NCBI GenBank assembly: GCA_043819555.1
Contig: JBDREQ010000073.1
Location: 233,950 to 297,949, forward strand
DNA from: Candidatus Zixiibacteriota bacterium
GTDB taxonomy: Bacteria; Zixibacteria; MSB-5A5; GN15; JAAZOE01
Reading direction: 5' to 3'
Length of the DNA: 64,000 nt
Positions 9,774 through 20,479 of the stretch are shown piece by piece (the first letter of the stretch is position 1; the number at the start of each line of letters is the position of its first letter). The notes beneath the pieces were generated by a model. It saw nothing but the letters and a program-made list of their open reading frames with translations, was not told the origin of the DNA and ran no database searches. Both the position numbers and the translations under genes were made by a program.

Positions 9774-12383
9774 TTGGCAGACAATAAGTCCAGAAAACGA
9801 ATTTACGATATCGCTAAGGAATATAAAATTTCAAGTGATGCTTTGCTGAAAGTATTGCGCGGCCTGGGATTTATCATAAAATCTCACATGTCGATCGCGT
9901 CAAGCGATATGCTCGACGCCATTGATGTTAAATTCAAACGCGAGATAGCAGAGGTTAAAAAAGATGATGAAGCCCGCAGGCTAAAGCTGCAAGAATTGAA
10001 GTCTATAAAACGCCGAGAAGAAGCCAAGAAACTTGCACTGCGAAAACAGGCGGCAGCCAAAGCTAAAAAGAAAAAAGTGATAGCAGAGAAAAGGGCCAAA
10101 GAGCTGGCCGCCAAGGAAATTGAAAAAGCTCAGAAGATTGCGAAAACTGAACTGCAGAAAGTAGTTGAAACGACAACGGCGAAAGAAAACATAGATAAAA
10201 TTGCAATAGTTAGGACTAAAGCTGAAAAAACCGAAAAAGAGGCTGCGAAAATAGCCGTTCCCGAACCAAAATCAAGAAAATTAGGCAAAATGGTTCGAGA
10301 GGAAGCAAGACCTGGACATGCCATGGCCGCCGCGCCAGCTAAAACCGATAAGCCTAAAACAAAAAAGGAAAGAACTGATAAACCAGTATCTCGTCATTCA
10401 ATTACTTCAACTCCCGGTACCGCAAAGAAACTGCAAAAAATGCTTGATCAACAAACAGGAGCAGGACGACCCCCCAAGAGGCGGCGTAAACGAGACAAAT
10501 CAAAGAAAAGAAATGAACATCAAGTCGATACTGCTGCCGTTAAATTGTCATTTAAGCAGACAATTGCGACTATGGATTCTGGGAAAAAGATTAAGAAGCA
10601 TAAAAAACGAAGTCAGATTATGGAAGCTGGCGAGGGATTTGACGCCATTGAAGTATCGGAATTTATGACTCTCTCGGAATTGGCCAAGGCTTTTGATAAA
10701 AAACCGGCCGAACTTGTTGCCAAATGTATGGAAATGGGCATGCTTGCTTCGATAAATCAACGTCTTGATATGGACACCATCGAAACGCTGGCTCTTGAAT
10801 TAGGAATTAATATCGTTCAGAGTGAAGAAGTCGCCACCGTTACTATTGAAGAGGAAGAGGAAACTCAACTGGAACCGCGCGCCCCCGTTGTCACGATAAT
10901 GGGCCACGTCGATCACGGCAAAACCACACTTTTGGATCATATAAGAAAATCTGATATAGTTTCGGGTGAAGCAGGCAAAATCACTCAACATATCGGCGCT
11001 TATAGCGTTCAAACTCCTCGAGGCAGGATTACTTTTCTCGACACACCCGGCCATGAAGCATTCTCGGCCATGCGCGCTCGCGGCGCTCAGGTTACTGATG
11101 TTGTGATTTTGGTAGTTTCCGCTACTGAAGCAGTCATGCCGCAAACAGTTGAAGCAATTGATCATGCCAAAGCTGCTAAAGTGCCAATCATGGTCGCTAT
11201 AAATAAAATGGATCTGCCAAATGCTAATCCTGATTCTGTTCGCCAGCAATTAGGGAATCATAATCTTCTTGATGAATCCTGGGGCGGGAAAACAATAATG
11301 GTAGAGGTGTCGGCAAAAAGCGGAGAAGGAATAGATAAACTTTTGGAAATGGTTCTATTGCAAGCAGAAATGATGGAATTGCGTGCCGACCCAAATATTA
11401 AGGCACAAGGGACAGTGATTGAGGCCCAATTAGAGAAGGGGAGAGGTACTGTAGCAACTGTCCTTATTCGAAAGGGTTCCTTGGAAATCGGGAAACCTTT
11501 TGTGGCCGGTAACAATTTTGGCCGAATAAGAGCCATGGTTGATGATCGGGGACGCGATCTTAAAAAAGCGGGACCTTCAACGCCGGTTATGATTACCGGA
11601 ATATCAGGCGTACCTCAGGCGGGCGATTCTTTTATTGTGACGTCTTCAGAATCAGAAGCACGCGATGTTGCTCAAAAAAGGCAGCAAATAAAACGTGAGT
11701 ATGATTTACGCCGTGTCGGTACGCCGACAACACTTGAATCTATTTATGAAAAAATCAAGGATGGTCAGATCACCGATTTGAAGATTGTTATCAAAGGCGA
11801 TGTTGCCGGCTCTGTCGAAGCTTTAACGGAAACTCTAAGTGGAATTGGCAATGAAGAAGTCAGGGTCAATATTATCCGCAGCGGTGTCGGCGCCATAACC
11901 GAATCGGATGTTTTGCTTGCTGCCGCATCTGACGCCATTGTCGTCGGTTTTCATGTGACAGCCGATCCTCGTGCCCGTGAGACGGCCAATCGGGAGAAAA
12001 TTGATATCCGAACCTATTCCATCATTTATGAAGTAAAAGAGAATATTACTAAAGCGATTGAGGGACTCCTCAAGCCGGAAATGGTGGAAAAATGGAAAGG
12101 TACCGCCGAAGTGCGACAGCCTTTCAAGATTCCCAAAATTGGACTTATTTGCGGTTCCTATATTCAACAGGGCAAGATGGCCCGTGGAGATAAAATACGA
12201 ATTAGTCGTGACGGAGTTTTTATTCATGAAGGAACCATCGCTTCTCTCAAGAGGTTTAAAGAAGACGTAAAAGAAGTTGCGGCGGGTTTGGAATGCGGAA
12301 TTGGAATAGAGAAATTTGAGGATATCCAGGTGGGCGATCATATCGAAACTTTTGAAATGGTCGAAACATCTCGGACACTATAA
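9774..12383 (+). CDS. infB: Translation initiation factor IF-2
   Basis: GHVDHGKTTLLD, DTPGHEAF, NKMD and ECGI motifs; ggagg RBS ahead of a TTG start. Confidence 0.98.
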   Translation: MADNKSRKRIYDIAKEYKISSDALLKVLRGLGFIIKSHMSIASSDMLDAIDVKFKREIAEVKKDDEARRLKLQELKSIKRREEAKKLALRKQAAAKAKKKKVIAEKRAKELAAKEIEKAQKIAKTELQKVVETTTAKENIDKIAIVRTKAEKTEKEAAKIAVPEPKSRKLGKMVREEARPGHAMAAAPAKTDKPKTKKERTDKPVSRHSITSTPGTAKKLQKMLDQQTGAGRPPKRRRKRDKSKKRNEHQVDTAAVKLSFKQTIATMDSGKKIKKHKKRSQIMEAGEGFDAIEVSEFMTLSELAKAFDKKPAELVAKCMEMGMLASINQRLDMDTIETLALELGINIVQSEEVATVTIEEEEETQLEPRAPVVTIMGHVDHGKTTLLDHIRKSDIVSGEAGKITQHIGAYSVQTPRGRITFLDTPGHEAFSAMRARGAQVTDVVILVVSATEAVMPQTVEAIDHAKAAKVPIMVAINKMDLPNANPDSVRQQLGNHNLLDESWGGKTIMVEVSAKSGEGIDKLLEMVLLQAEMMELRADPNIKAQGTVIEAQLEKGRGTVATVLIRKGSLEIGKPFVAGNNFGRIRAMVDDRGRDLKKAGPSTPVMITGISGVPQAGDSFIVTSSESEARDVAQKRQQIKREYDLRRVGTPTTLESIYEKIKDGQITDLKIVIKGDVAGSVEALTETLSGIGNEEVRVNIIRSGVGAITESDVLLAAASDAIVVGFHVTADPRARETANREKIDIRTYSIIYEVKENITKAIEGLLKPEMVEKWKGTAEVRQPFKIPKIGLICGSYIQQGKMARGDKIRISRDGVFIHEGTIASLKRFKEDVKEVAAGLECGIGIEKFEDIQVGDHIETFEMVETSRTL

Positions 12384-12384
12384 C

Positions 12385-12666
12385 GTGATTATTGGCTGCT
12401 TGAAAGTTATGTTAAATATTCCCGCCGCACATTCACTCAAGGATAAGCGGCGGGTAGTAAAATCCCTGATTACGAGGATACATAATCGGCATAATGTCTC
12501 CGCAGCCGAAGTAGGAGAAAATGAAAGGCATCAATCCTGCCTTTTGGGAGCGGCCGTAGTATCTAACGACAGCGGTCATGCCAGCCAACGTCTCTCGGCC
12601 ATTATTAATATGATTGAGCGGGAGAGCGAATCGTATATTGTTGATTATGAAATCGAGTTGCTGTAA
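12385..12666 (+). CDS. DUF503 (YlxP-like) protein
   Basis: SLKDKRRVVKSL...NVSAAEV motif; usual position between infB and rbfA; GTG start at 12385. Confidence 0.88.
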   Translation: MIIGCLKVMLNIPAAHSLKDKRRVVKSLITRIHNRHNVSAAEVGENERHQSCLLGAAVVSNDSGHASQRLSAIINMIERESESYIVDYEIELL

Positions 12667-14030
12667 TGAAATCGTTTAAGCGTTCCGATCGTATCGCTGA
12701 TCAAATCCAGCGTGATGTCTCGGATATCGTCAGCGCTATGCTGCGCGATAAGATTGACGTGATGGTGACTATCAGCTCCGTCGATGTTTCTGACGATTTG
12801 CGTTATGCCAAAATTTACTATACCGCTCTTGGCGGAGAGAAGAAGTTGGATGAACTAAAAGACGCTTTTGATCGGTCAACAGGGTATATCCAGAGAGAAT
12901 TGGCGCAACGTTTAAGAATCCGCCGCATGCCGGAAATAACTTTCAGGTATGATACTTCACTGGTCGAAGGAATTCGATTGACAACAAAAATTGACCGGGT
13001 AGTAGAAGAAGATATGAAAATTGGCGGCAAACAGGAAATTCATGATCCGGAAACAATTCAGAAAATAATTGAAGCTCTGGATAATTCAGGCAGCGTTTTG
13101 ATCGTTGGACATATAAACCCTGACGGCGATTCAATCGGATCACAACTTGGTCTGGCCGGATATCTAAATCAAAGAAGGATTAAATACCGGATCATTAATG
13201 AAGGTGCTATCCCATTCAACTATGACTTTTTGCCCGGAGTAGAACAACTTGAGAATATCAATGATGTCGACGGTGAGGATGAATCGTTTGACACGGTTGT
13301 ATTTATTGAATGTTCTGCCATTGCCCGATGCGGTAAGACAGCATCTCTAATAGACCCTGAAAATCAAAATATTATAAATATCGATCATCATCGCGATAAT
13401 GGATCGTTTGGCAAGATCAATTTTATCGACTTTGAGGCCGCCGCCGCCGGTGAGATGATTTATGATATTTTGCTTTATGCATCTGCGGAAATCACCGGTG
13501 ATATAGCGACCAATCTCTATACCGCAATTGTAACCGATACCGGTCAATTCCAATATAGCTGTACTACCTCCCGGAGTTTGAGAATTGCCGCAGCTCTAAT
13601 AGACAAGGGCATAGATCACATCGAAATTGTGAATAAACTGTATCATAATTACACTCTGGAAGCTATGCGGTTGTTGGCTACGTCAATAATGAATCAAGAG
13701 TTCTACCTGGATGGCAAAGTATGTTTTATGACTATTACTAATGAGATACTCAAACAGACCGGTTCATCCAAAAAAGACACGGAGGGATTAATAAATTATT
13801 CCATCAATCTTGCCGGAGTAGTCGCTGGAGCACTGTTTAGTGAAATTTCGCCTTCCGTTACCAAGGTATCATTTCGTTCGGATAATGGCGTCGACATAAT
13901 AAAAGTTGCCGCAAGACACGGAGGTGGAGGCCATCGAATCGCCTGCGGGTGCACCATTGAGGCTCCTCTGAACGAAGCCAAAATAATAATTCTATCCGAT
14001 ATTGAGGAATTGCTGAATGGAACGATTTGA
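12666..14030 (+). CDS. rbfA: RbfA fused in frame to a DHH/DHHA1 phosphoesterase (NrnA-like)
   Basis: aa 1-~115 are RbfA (RSDRIADQIQR, VSDDLRYAKIY, LRIRRMPEITFRYD). They continue without a stop into HINPDGDSIGS, IDHH, TDTGQF and GGGGH. Confidence 0.88.
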   Translation: MKSFKRSDRIADQIQRDVSDIVSAMLRDKIDVMVTISSVDVSDDLRYAKIYYTALGGEKKLDELKDAFDRSTGYIQRELAQRLRIRRMPEITFRYDTSLVEGIRLTTKIDRVVEEDMKIGGKQEIHDPETIQKIIEALDNSGSVLIVGHINPDGDSIGSQLGLAGYLNQRRIKYRIINEGAIPFNYDFLPGVEQLENINDVDGEDESFDTVVFIECSAIARCGKTASLIDPENQNIINIDHHRDNGSFGKINFIDFEAAAAGEMIYDILLYASAEITGDIATNLYTAIVTDTGQFQYSCTTSRSLRIAAALIDKGIDHIEIVNKLYHNYTLEAMRLLATSIMNQEFYLDGKVCFMTITNEILKQTGSSKKDTEGLINYSINLAGVVAGALFSEISPSVTKVSFRSDNGVDIIKVAARHGGGGHRIACGCTIEAPLNEAKIIILSDIEELLNGTI

Positions 14031-14949
14031 CGGCTTGTTGCCTGTATATAAAATCTCAGGGCCGACAAGTCATGATGTTATCTATAGTCTTCGGCGCATT
14101 CTAAATCGTCAGAAGATAGGTCACACCGGTACACTTGATCCATTAGCATCGGGATTATTGCCGATTACTTTGGGAAGAGCTACAAAACTAACGCAATTCT
14201 TTACCGATTGGGATAAATCTTATCAGGCCAAAATAACCTTGGGGATAAAATCCGATACACTCGATTCTGATGGTCATGTCACCGATAGACGAAATGTGCC
14301 GGATTTGGAAGAAGAATATCTCAAGAATATCTTAAACGGTTTTGTCGGAAAAATCGTACAAAAAATCCCTTCGTTTTCGGCGGTTAAAGTTAATGGCAAA
14401 GAACTATACAAATATGCTCGCCAGGGTATCAAAGTAGATTCACCGAATCGGGAAGTTGAAATATATTCTATAAAAATATTATCATATGTTCGACCCATCT
14501 TAAATATTCAAATTGATTGCGGCAAGGGTACTTACATCCGCGTTTTGGCCAATGACATTGGTGACAAAATTGGTTGTGGCGCTTGTTTATCGGGGTTAAA
14601 AAGATTGCGTGCCGGTTCATTAAGAATTGAAACCGCCCTGACTCTGAAATCAGTAACTGAGCTTTTTGAAAAAGGGGAACTTGCCGATCATATCATTCCG
14701 ATGAACGATGTTATTGATTTTCCGATTTTGAGCGTCTCATCCCAGGCTGAAAATACAATTAGACATGGTGGCATTCCAGATAAAAAAGAAATACTGAATT
14801 GGAATCGCGAGTTTTTACCCGGAAATTTAATCGCAATAGCCGGCCAAAGCGGCGATATTCTTGCAATCGGTAAATCAAAATGTAGTGCTGCATCACTTAA
14901 TAATGGGTTTAATGACGATTATTTTTCTTATGTTAGGGTTTTGATTTGA
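14017..14949 (+). CDS. truB: tRNA pseudouridine(55) synthase
   Basis: GHTGTLDPLASG, SAVKVNG..LY..AR and KGTYIR motifs. Confidence 0.96.
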   Translation: MERFDGLLPVYKISGPTSHDVIYSLRRILNRQKIGHTGTLDPLASGLLPITLGRATKLTQFFTDWDKSYQAKITLGIKSDTLDSDGHVTDRRNVPDLEEEYLKNILNGFVGKIVQKIPSFSAVKVNGKELYKYARQGIKVDSPNREVEIYSIKILSYVRPILNIQIDCGKGTYIRVLANDIGDKIGCGACLSGLKRLRAGSLRIETALTLKSVTELFEKGELADHIIPMNDVIDFPILSVSSQAENTIRHGGIPDKKEILNWNREFLPGNLIAIAGQSGDILAIGKSKCSAASLNNGFNDDYFSYVRVLI

Positions 14950-15878
14950 GTTTTGAAGTGTATACATCGGCCGATGATTATGCCATGAAAAAGGCAGGCC
15001 CCTGCGTCGCTACCTTGGGAACTTTTGATGGATTTCACAAAGGGCATGCGTCTATATTCAGTCGTATGGTTAAAGTTAGTCAGGATATGAATCTTCCGGC
15101 AGTTCTTATTACATTTCATCCCCATCCGCGAGTTTTAATTACTCCGGATGATCCGCCCCAGCTTTTATCTGTCCCTGATGAGAAAATTGAAATATTAAAA
15201 AACCGTTTTGATGGATCTCTGGTCTTTTTGACTTTTAACGATCGATTGAGGCGCATGTCGGCGGAAGAATTTGCAAAAAACGTTTTAATCAATAGATTCG
15301 GCGTAAAATCACTTGTTGTAGGCTATAACCATAGTTTCGGCCGAGATCGCTCCGGGAATATTGACAATCTTAAAGAAATAGGCCAGAGAGAGAATTTCGA
15401 TATTCATGTTGTCGGGCCGGTAACTTATAAGGAGTTGCCAATATCCTCAAGCCGTATCAGGCGAGCAATGAAAAATGGCGAGTGGCCTGACGCAATGGCT
15501 ATGCTGGGACACCAGTACCCCATTTATGGCACCGTAGTTAAGGGGCTGGGAAAAGGGAAACAATTGGGTTGGCCAACAATGAATATTGATTGGTCCGAAA
15601 GAAAGTTGCTCCCTCCCCAAGGGGTCTATTCATGTCTGGCAACAATGGATGATATGACCTATAAAGGGATGATGTTTGTCGGAATTAATATGCTGAATCC
15701 CATGAAGAATATTTCGGTCGAGGCTCATCTGTTTGATTTCGATGAGGACGTTTATGGGAAACAGGTTACTTTATACCCTTCGCATTATCTGAGAACCAAT
15801 AAGCGTTTTGAATCAACCGAAGCGTTATCGCATCAGATTGCAGATGATAAAGAAAAAATTGTAAGATTGTTATATTAA
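14946..15878 (+). CDS. ribF: Bifunctional riboflavin kinase / FAD synthetase
   Basis: [33 protein letters not shown] and EAH motifs. Confidence 0.93.
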   Translation: MSFEVYTSADDYAMKKAGPCVATLGTFDGFHKGHASIFSRMVKVSQDMNLPAVLITFHPHPRVLITPDDPPQLLSVPDEKIEILKNRFDGSLVFLTFNDRLRRMSAEEFAKNVLINRFGVKSLVVGYNHSFGRDRSGNIDNLKEIGQRENFDIHVVGPVTYKELPISSSRIRRAMKNGEWPDAMAMLGHQYPIYGTVVKGLGKGKQLGWPTMNIDWSERKLLPPQGVYSCLATMDDMTYKGMMFVGINMLNPMKNISVEAHLFDFDEDVYGKQVTLYPSHYLRTNKRFESTEALSHQIADDKEKIVRLLY

Positions 15879-15892
15879 AGAGGAGAGTAGTT

Positions 15893-16162
15893 GTGCCAAC
15901 AAGCAATGAAAAAAAGAAAAAAATTATTAGTCAACACAAACTGCACGATAAAGACACCGGTTCACCGGAAGTGCAGATTGCCTTAATGACGGAACGAATT
16001 AATCATTTGACCGGACATCTGAAAGAGCATAAAAAGGATTTTCATTCACAGCGCGGTTTGTTAAAAATGGTTGGGAAGCGCCGCCGCCTTCTCGATTATC
16101 TTAAAAAGACAGATATTGAGAGCTACCGAGCATTAATTGCGGAACTTGGCCTAAGACGTTAA
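15893..16162 (+). CDS. rpsO: 30S ribosomal protein S15
   Basis: [22 protein letters not shown] and LGLRR; aggag RBS. Confidence 0.98.
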   Translation: MPTSNEKKKKIISQHKLHDKDTGSPEVQIALMTERINHLTGHLKEHKKDFHSQRGLLKMVGKRRRLLDYLKKTDIESYRALIAELGLRR

Positions 16163-16177
16163 AGGAGAAATTTATTA

Positions 16178-18352
16178 ATGGTACACACAGTTGAGTTGGA
16201 AATTGGTGAACGAACATTGACAATTGAAACCGGTCGGATTGCTAAGCAGGCAAACGGGGCGGTAGTGGTTAGATACGGTGATACAGTAATTTTGACAACA
16301 GCAGTGGCTTCGAAGGAACCGATTGATCGCGATTTTTTACCGTTATCCGTTGAGTACAGGGAGCGGTCTTACGCCGCCGGAAAAATACCCGGTGGGTTTT
16401 TCAAAAGAGAGGGAAGACCTTCGGAAAAGGAAATATTGTCGTGTCGAATAATAGACCGACCTATTCGCCCGCTATTCCCCGAAGGATACCTTAATGAAAT
16501 TCAAATAATAAATTTGATTTTATCGCATGATCGTGAAAACGATCCCGATGTCCTCGGACTGATCGGCGCCGCGGCATCATTGGCTATATCCGATATCCCA
16601 TTTGATGCGATTTTGGCAGGTGTCAGAGTCGCCCGGATTGATGGCGAATTTAAAGTATTTCCTACTGTTGCTGAAACTGAAGAAGCCGACATCAATATTA
16701 CTATTGCCGGTACTGAAGATTCAATTTCTATGGTTGAAGGCGGAGCCTTTGAAGCATCTGAAGATGAAATGCTGGAAGCCTTAAAATTCGGCCATGAACA
16801 TATCAAAACGATAGTCGGGAAAATAAAGGAATTTCGAACCGCGTGTGGGAAGGAAAAGAAAACCTTTACTCCTCCTGAAAAAAACGAGAAACTTATCGCA
16901 AAAGTCGATGATGTGGTTGGCGATCGCATAAAGGAAGTCAACCAGATTAATGACAAGGCCGAACGAAGCGATGCCAAGCATGAATTGAAAAAAGAAATTG
17001 TTGGCCAGCTTGAAGAAGAATATCCCGATGAGATTGATACAATAAAGAATCGCATCCGCGATTTGGATAATGCCGAAATGCGTCGGATGATTGTCGAGGA
17101 TAGCAAAAGACTTGATAATCGCGGCTTTGATGATGTTCGCGACATTAGTTGTGAGGTTTCTGTCCTTCCGCGAACTCACGGCTCCGCATTATTTACACGT
17201 GGACAAACTCAAGCATTGGTCGCGATCACGCTGGGCACAAAAATCGATGAACAGCGCCTTGATGAACTGGAAGGCGAATCAACCAAGTCATATATGCTCC
17301 ATTACAATTTCCCACCTTTCTCGGTTGGCGAAGTCAGGCCGATTCGCGGCGTCGGACGGCGTGAAGTCGGACATGGAAACTTGGCCGAGCGAGCAATCAA
17401 TCCGATTATTCCGGTCGGCGACAGATTCCCATATACAATCCGAATCGTTTCCGATATTATGGAATCAAATGGATCGTCATCAATGGCTTCGGTTTGCGGA
17501 GGTTCATTGGCTTTGATGGATGCCGGCGTTCCTATTAAAGCTCCGGTCGCCGGAATCGCTATGGGGCTTATCAAAGAAGGCGATACAGTTATTGTCTTGA
17601 CTGATATCCTTGGTGATGAGGATCACTTTGGAGATATGGATTTCAAAGTTACCGGTACTGCCGAAGGAGTGACCGCCATACAAATGGATATTAAGATTAA
17701 AGGACTCGATCTTGAAACCATGCGCATGGCTCTCGAAAAAGCCAAGGCGGCGCGCTTGCATATTCTCGGTGAGATGGCCAAGGCTCTTGATAAACCTCGC
17801 GCTGATTTATCTCAATATGCGCCGCGCATTATTACAATCAAGATCAATCCTGAAAAGATCGGTGATGTTATTGGACCAGGCGGAAAAATTATCCGGGCGC
17901 TCGTTGAAGAAACAGGCGCGAAAATTGATATCGAAGATGATGGGACGGTATTAATCGCATCAGTTGATGGTGCGGCCGGTGAAGCGGCTCGCGAGAAAAT
18001 ACTGATGATTGTTGAAGATGCCGAAATTGGCAAAGAATACATGGGTACGGTCAGGCGAATAGCGGATTTTGGAGCCTTCGTCGAAATTTTACCCGGCACC
18101 GACGGACTTGTTCATATATCTGAAATAGCCTATGAACGAATTGAAAGAGTTGAAGATGTTTTAAAAGTTGGTGATCAGGTAAAAGTCAAGTGTATTAATG
18201 TCGATAGCGACGGAAAGGTTCGGCTTTCTATGAAGGCGCTTTTGCCGACACCCGAAGGTTATGTACCACCACCACCGCGACCCTCCGGACCGCGAGGAGG
18301 CAGCCGCGGAGGAAGGGATCGACAAAGTAACGGTAGAAGACAAAGGCGATAG
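16178..18352 (+). CDS. pnp: Polyribonucleotide nucleotidyltransferase (PNPase)
   Basis: GKIPGGFFKREG, FTRGQTQ, ESNGSSSMAS and DHFGDMDFKV motifs; KH and S1 domains. Confidence 0.98.
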   Translation: MVHTVELEIGERTLTIETGRIAKQANGAVVVRYGDTVILTTAVASKEPIDRDFLPLSVEYRERSYAAGKIPGGFFKREGRPSEKEILSCRIIDRPIRPLFPEGYLNEIQIINLILSHDRENDPDVLGLIGAAASLAISDIPFDAILAGVRVARIDGEFKVFPTVAETEEADINITIAGTEDSISMVEGGAFEASEDEMLEALKFGHEHIKTIVGKIKEFRTACGKEKKTFTPPEKNEKLIAKVDDVVGDRIKEVNQINDKAERSDAKHELKKEIVGQLEEEYPDEIDTIKNRIRDLDNAEMRRMIVEDSKRLDNRGFDDVRDISCEVSVLPRTHGSALFTRGQTQALVAITLGTKIDEQRLDELEGESTKSYMLHYNFPPFSVGEVRPIRGVGRREVGHGNLAERAINPIIPVGDRFPYTIRIVSDIMESNGSSSMASVCGGSLALMDAGVPIKAPVAGIAMGLIKEGDTVIVLTDILGDEDHFGDMDFKVTGTAEGVTAIQMDIKIKGLDLETMRMALEKAKAARLHILGEMAKALDKPRADLSQYAPRIITIKINPEKIGDVIGPGGKIIRALVEETGAKIDIEDDGTVLIASVDGAAGEAAREKILMIVEDAEIGKEYMGTVRRIADFGAFVEILPGTDGLVHISEIAYERIERVEDVLKVGDQVKVKCINVDSDGKVRLSMKALLPTPEGYVPPPPRPSGPRGGSRGGRDRQSNGRRQRR

Positions 18353-18355
18353 AAC

Positions 18356-19624
18356 TTGAAAAACGGTTTTTCCAAAACAACGCTTATAAACGGTATGAGG
18401 GTGATCTCAGAGAAGATCCCCTCGGTCCGCTCGGTATCGATCGGCGTCTGGATTCATGTCGGTTCCCGAAATGAATCCGAAAATATCAATGGAATATCGC
18501 ATTTCATTGAACATATGCACTTTAAGGGTACAAAAAAAAGAAGCGCCCTTCAAATAGCTCATGAGCTTGAATCTCGCGGAGGTGCTATCAACGCCTTTAC
18601 GTCGCGAGAACATACATGTTATTATGCTCGCATTATGAGCGACCATTTTCCAAAGGCGATGGAAATCCTTGGCGATATATTGAATAATTCCACGTTTACT
18701 CAGGGGAATATCAAAAAGGAAAAGGCCGTTATTCTCGAGGAAATCAAAGACGTCGCCGATTCCCCCAGCGATTATATCCATGATTTATTTACTAATCAGA
18801 TGTGGATGTCACATCCTCTGGGTAAACCGATAATGGGAGACGCTAAAACGGTGGGTTGCATAAGCCGCAAACTGATTAGTGATTTCTTGAAGGAAAATTA
18901 CTGCGCCTCAAATTTAGTGGTGGCCGCGGCCGGCGATATATCTCATCGAAAATTAGTGGACTATGTTAAAAAGTATTTTAAATGGAACAAGAGTCACGCA
19001 AAAGCCAAATTATCCATCCCGAAAAAATCAGAATTCACTCTTCATGCCCATCACAATGGAACCAAGCAGACTCATGTCAGCCTCGGCTTTCCCAGCATTA
19101 GTTTTGCGAATTCTTCCAGATATGCGATTTTGGCAGCCAACACGTTGCTATCAGGAGGAATGTCTTCGAGGTTATTCCAAAATGTCCGTGAAAAGAAAGG
19201 GTATTGCTATTCGATCTACAGTTTCCAGGAGTTTTTTCAGGACATCGGCATTTTTAGTATTTACTTTGGAACCGACGAAAAATATATGGTTGATGCGGCC
19301 AATTTAGTATTGAAAGAGTTAAAGCGCCTGAAAAAAAAGAAACTGGGCCGAACTGAACTCTCCCAAATAAAGGATCAACTCAAGGGCAACCTGATGCTAT
19401 CGCTGGAATCTACAACCAATCGCATGAATCGAATAGCCCGACAGGAATTAATGCTCGGTCAGTATGTTGACCTGGATGAAACATCACGAAATATTGATCG
19501 AATAACAGCGAATCACATTTTTGATGTAGCCAATGAGATATTTGACTGTAATAAATTAACAATGGTTGCATTGGGACCGGTTAAAAAGGATTTGTTGGAA
19601 AAAATTAACTGGTCGCTTTTATAG
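18356..19624 (+). CDS. M16B family zinc peptidase
   Basis: HFIEH inverzincin motif, NAFTSREHT, and SSRLFQNVREKKG. Confidence 0.92.
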   Translation: MKNGFSKTTLINGMRVISEKIPSVRSVSIGVWIHVGSRNESENINGISHFIEHMHFKGTKKRSALQIAHELESRGGAINAFTSREHTCYYARIMSDHFPKAMEILGDILNNSTFTQGNIKKEKAVILEEIKDVADSPSDYIHDLFTNQMWMSHPLGKPIMGDAKTVGCISRKLISDFLKENYCASNLVVAAAGDISHRKLVDYVKKYFKWNKSHAKAKLSIPKKSEFTLHAHHNGTKQTHVSLGFPSISFANSSRYAILAANTLLSGGMSSRLFQNVREKKGYCYSIYSFQEFFQDIGIFSIYFGTDEKYMVDAANLVLKELKRLKKKKLGRTELSQIKDQLKGNLMLSLESTTNRMNRIARQELMLGQYVDLDETSRNIDRITANHIFDVANEIFDCNKLTMVALGPVKKDLLEKINWSLL

Positions 19625-19626
19625 AG

Positions 19627-20385
19627 ATGGCGGGTCGGGCGAAGATACTTGCGTTTCATCAAACTTCGCAAAAATTCTATCCCGGGATTAACAATATCAG
19701 ACCGGGATATTTTTTTTTCATTCTTGAATTATTGAAGAATTTTGGCTTTAATTTTATAGGCGTCAGGCAGTATTTAAACGGCGAAGAAGATAATGAAAAA
19801 ACTCTCGCAATATCATTTGACGACGGCTATGCCGATAATTATGATGTTATTTCCAGGTTATGTTGCGAAAATATTGCCCCTTTTGTTTTTATCCCAACCG
19901 ACTATATCGGTCAATCAAATTCATGGGATTACTCCTCGAGCCTCTTCAAAACCCGCCATTGTACGGCAAAGCAGCTAAAAGTACTGGCTCAAAAAGGAGC
20001 GGTGATTGGCTCTCATGGAAAATCGCATCGCGCTTTTACGCGGATGACAGAAAGTGAATTGGATAGCGAGTTAAAAATGTCAAAAATAGTACTCCAGAAT
20101 ATTACCGGCGAAGAGACCAATCTCTTAAGCTATCCATTTGGCCGAACAAATCAAAGGGTAAACAAACTAGCCAAAGAATGTGGATACAGGTATGGATTCT
20201 GCCTCGATTCCCCAAAATCATACAATATATTACCTGAAGATTTTATTATCTATCGCACGCCGATATATAGCTGTGATGATTATTTCTCACTCTACTCAAA
20301 AATAGCCGAAGATTCGCCATTTGAGTCCTTCAAGAATATAATTGTTAATAACCTGTCCGGCGGGACAATTATTACGAGCAAATGA
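19627..20385 (+). CDS. Polysaccharide deacetylase (NodB-type)
   Basis: ISFDDGY, GSHGKSH and SYPFG motifs. Confidence 0.85.
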   Translation: MAGRAKILAFHQTSQKFYPGINNIRPGYFFFILELLKNFGFNFIGVRQYLNGEEDNEKTLAISFDDGYADNYDVISRLCCENIAPFVFIPTDYIGQSNSWDYSSSLFKTRHCTAKQLKVLAQKGAVIGSHGKSHRAFTRMTESELDSELKMSKIVLQNITGEETNLLSYPFGRTNQRVNKLAKECGYRYGFCLDSPKSYNILPEDFIIYRTPIYSCDDYFSLYSKIAEDSPFESFKNIIVNNLSGGTIITSK

Positions 20386-20416
20386 CTCAAATATCAGCCG
20401 TCACATCCGAATATTC

Positions 20417-20445
20417 TTGATATAGACTCAAAATTTCTCTATTAT
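20417..20445 (+). promoter_or_regulatory. Sigma70-type promoter for asnS-leuS
   Basis: TTGATA-17nt-TATTAT upstream of the aggag RBS of asnS. Confidence 0.55.
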
Positions 20446-20479
20446 TCAGACTTTGGTAAGTCGAATCAGGAGTCATATT

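Noticed and set aside
15879..15892. S15 autoregulatory leader
   Set aside because: Only 14 nt separate ribF from rpsO, and no structure was recognised.
6070..18343. Long antisense ORFs (e.g. 6487-7203, 16501-17145)
   Set aside because: They are shadows of well-supported housekeeping genes on the opposite strand.
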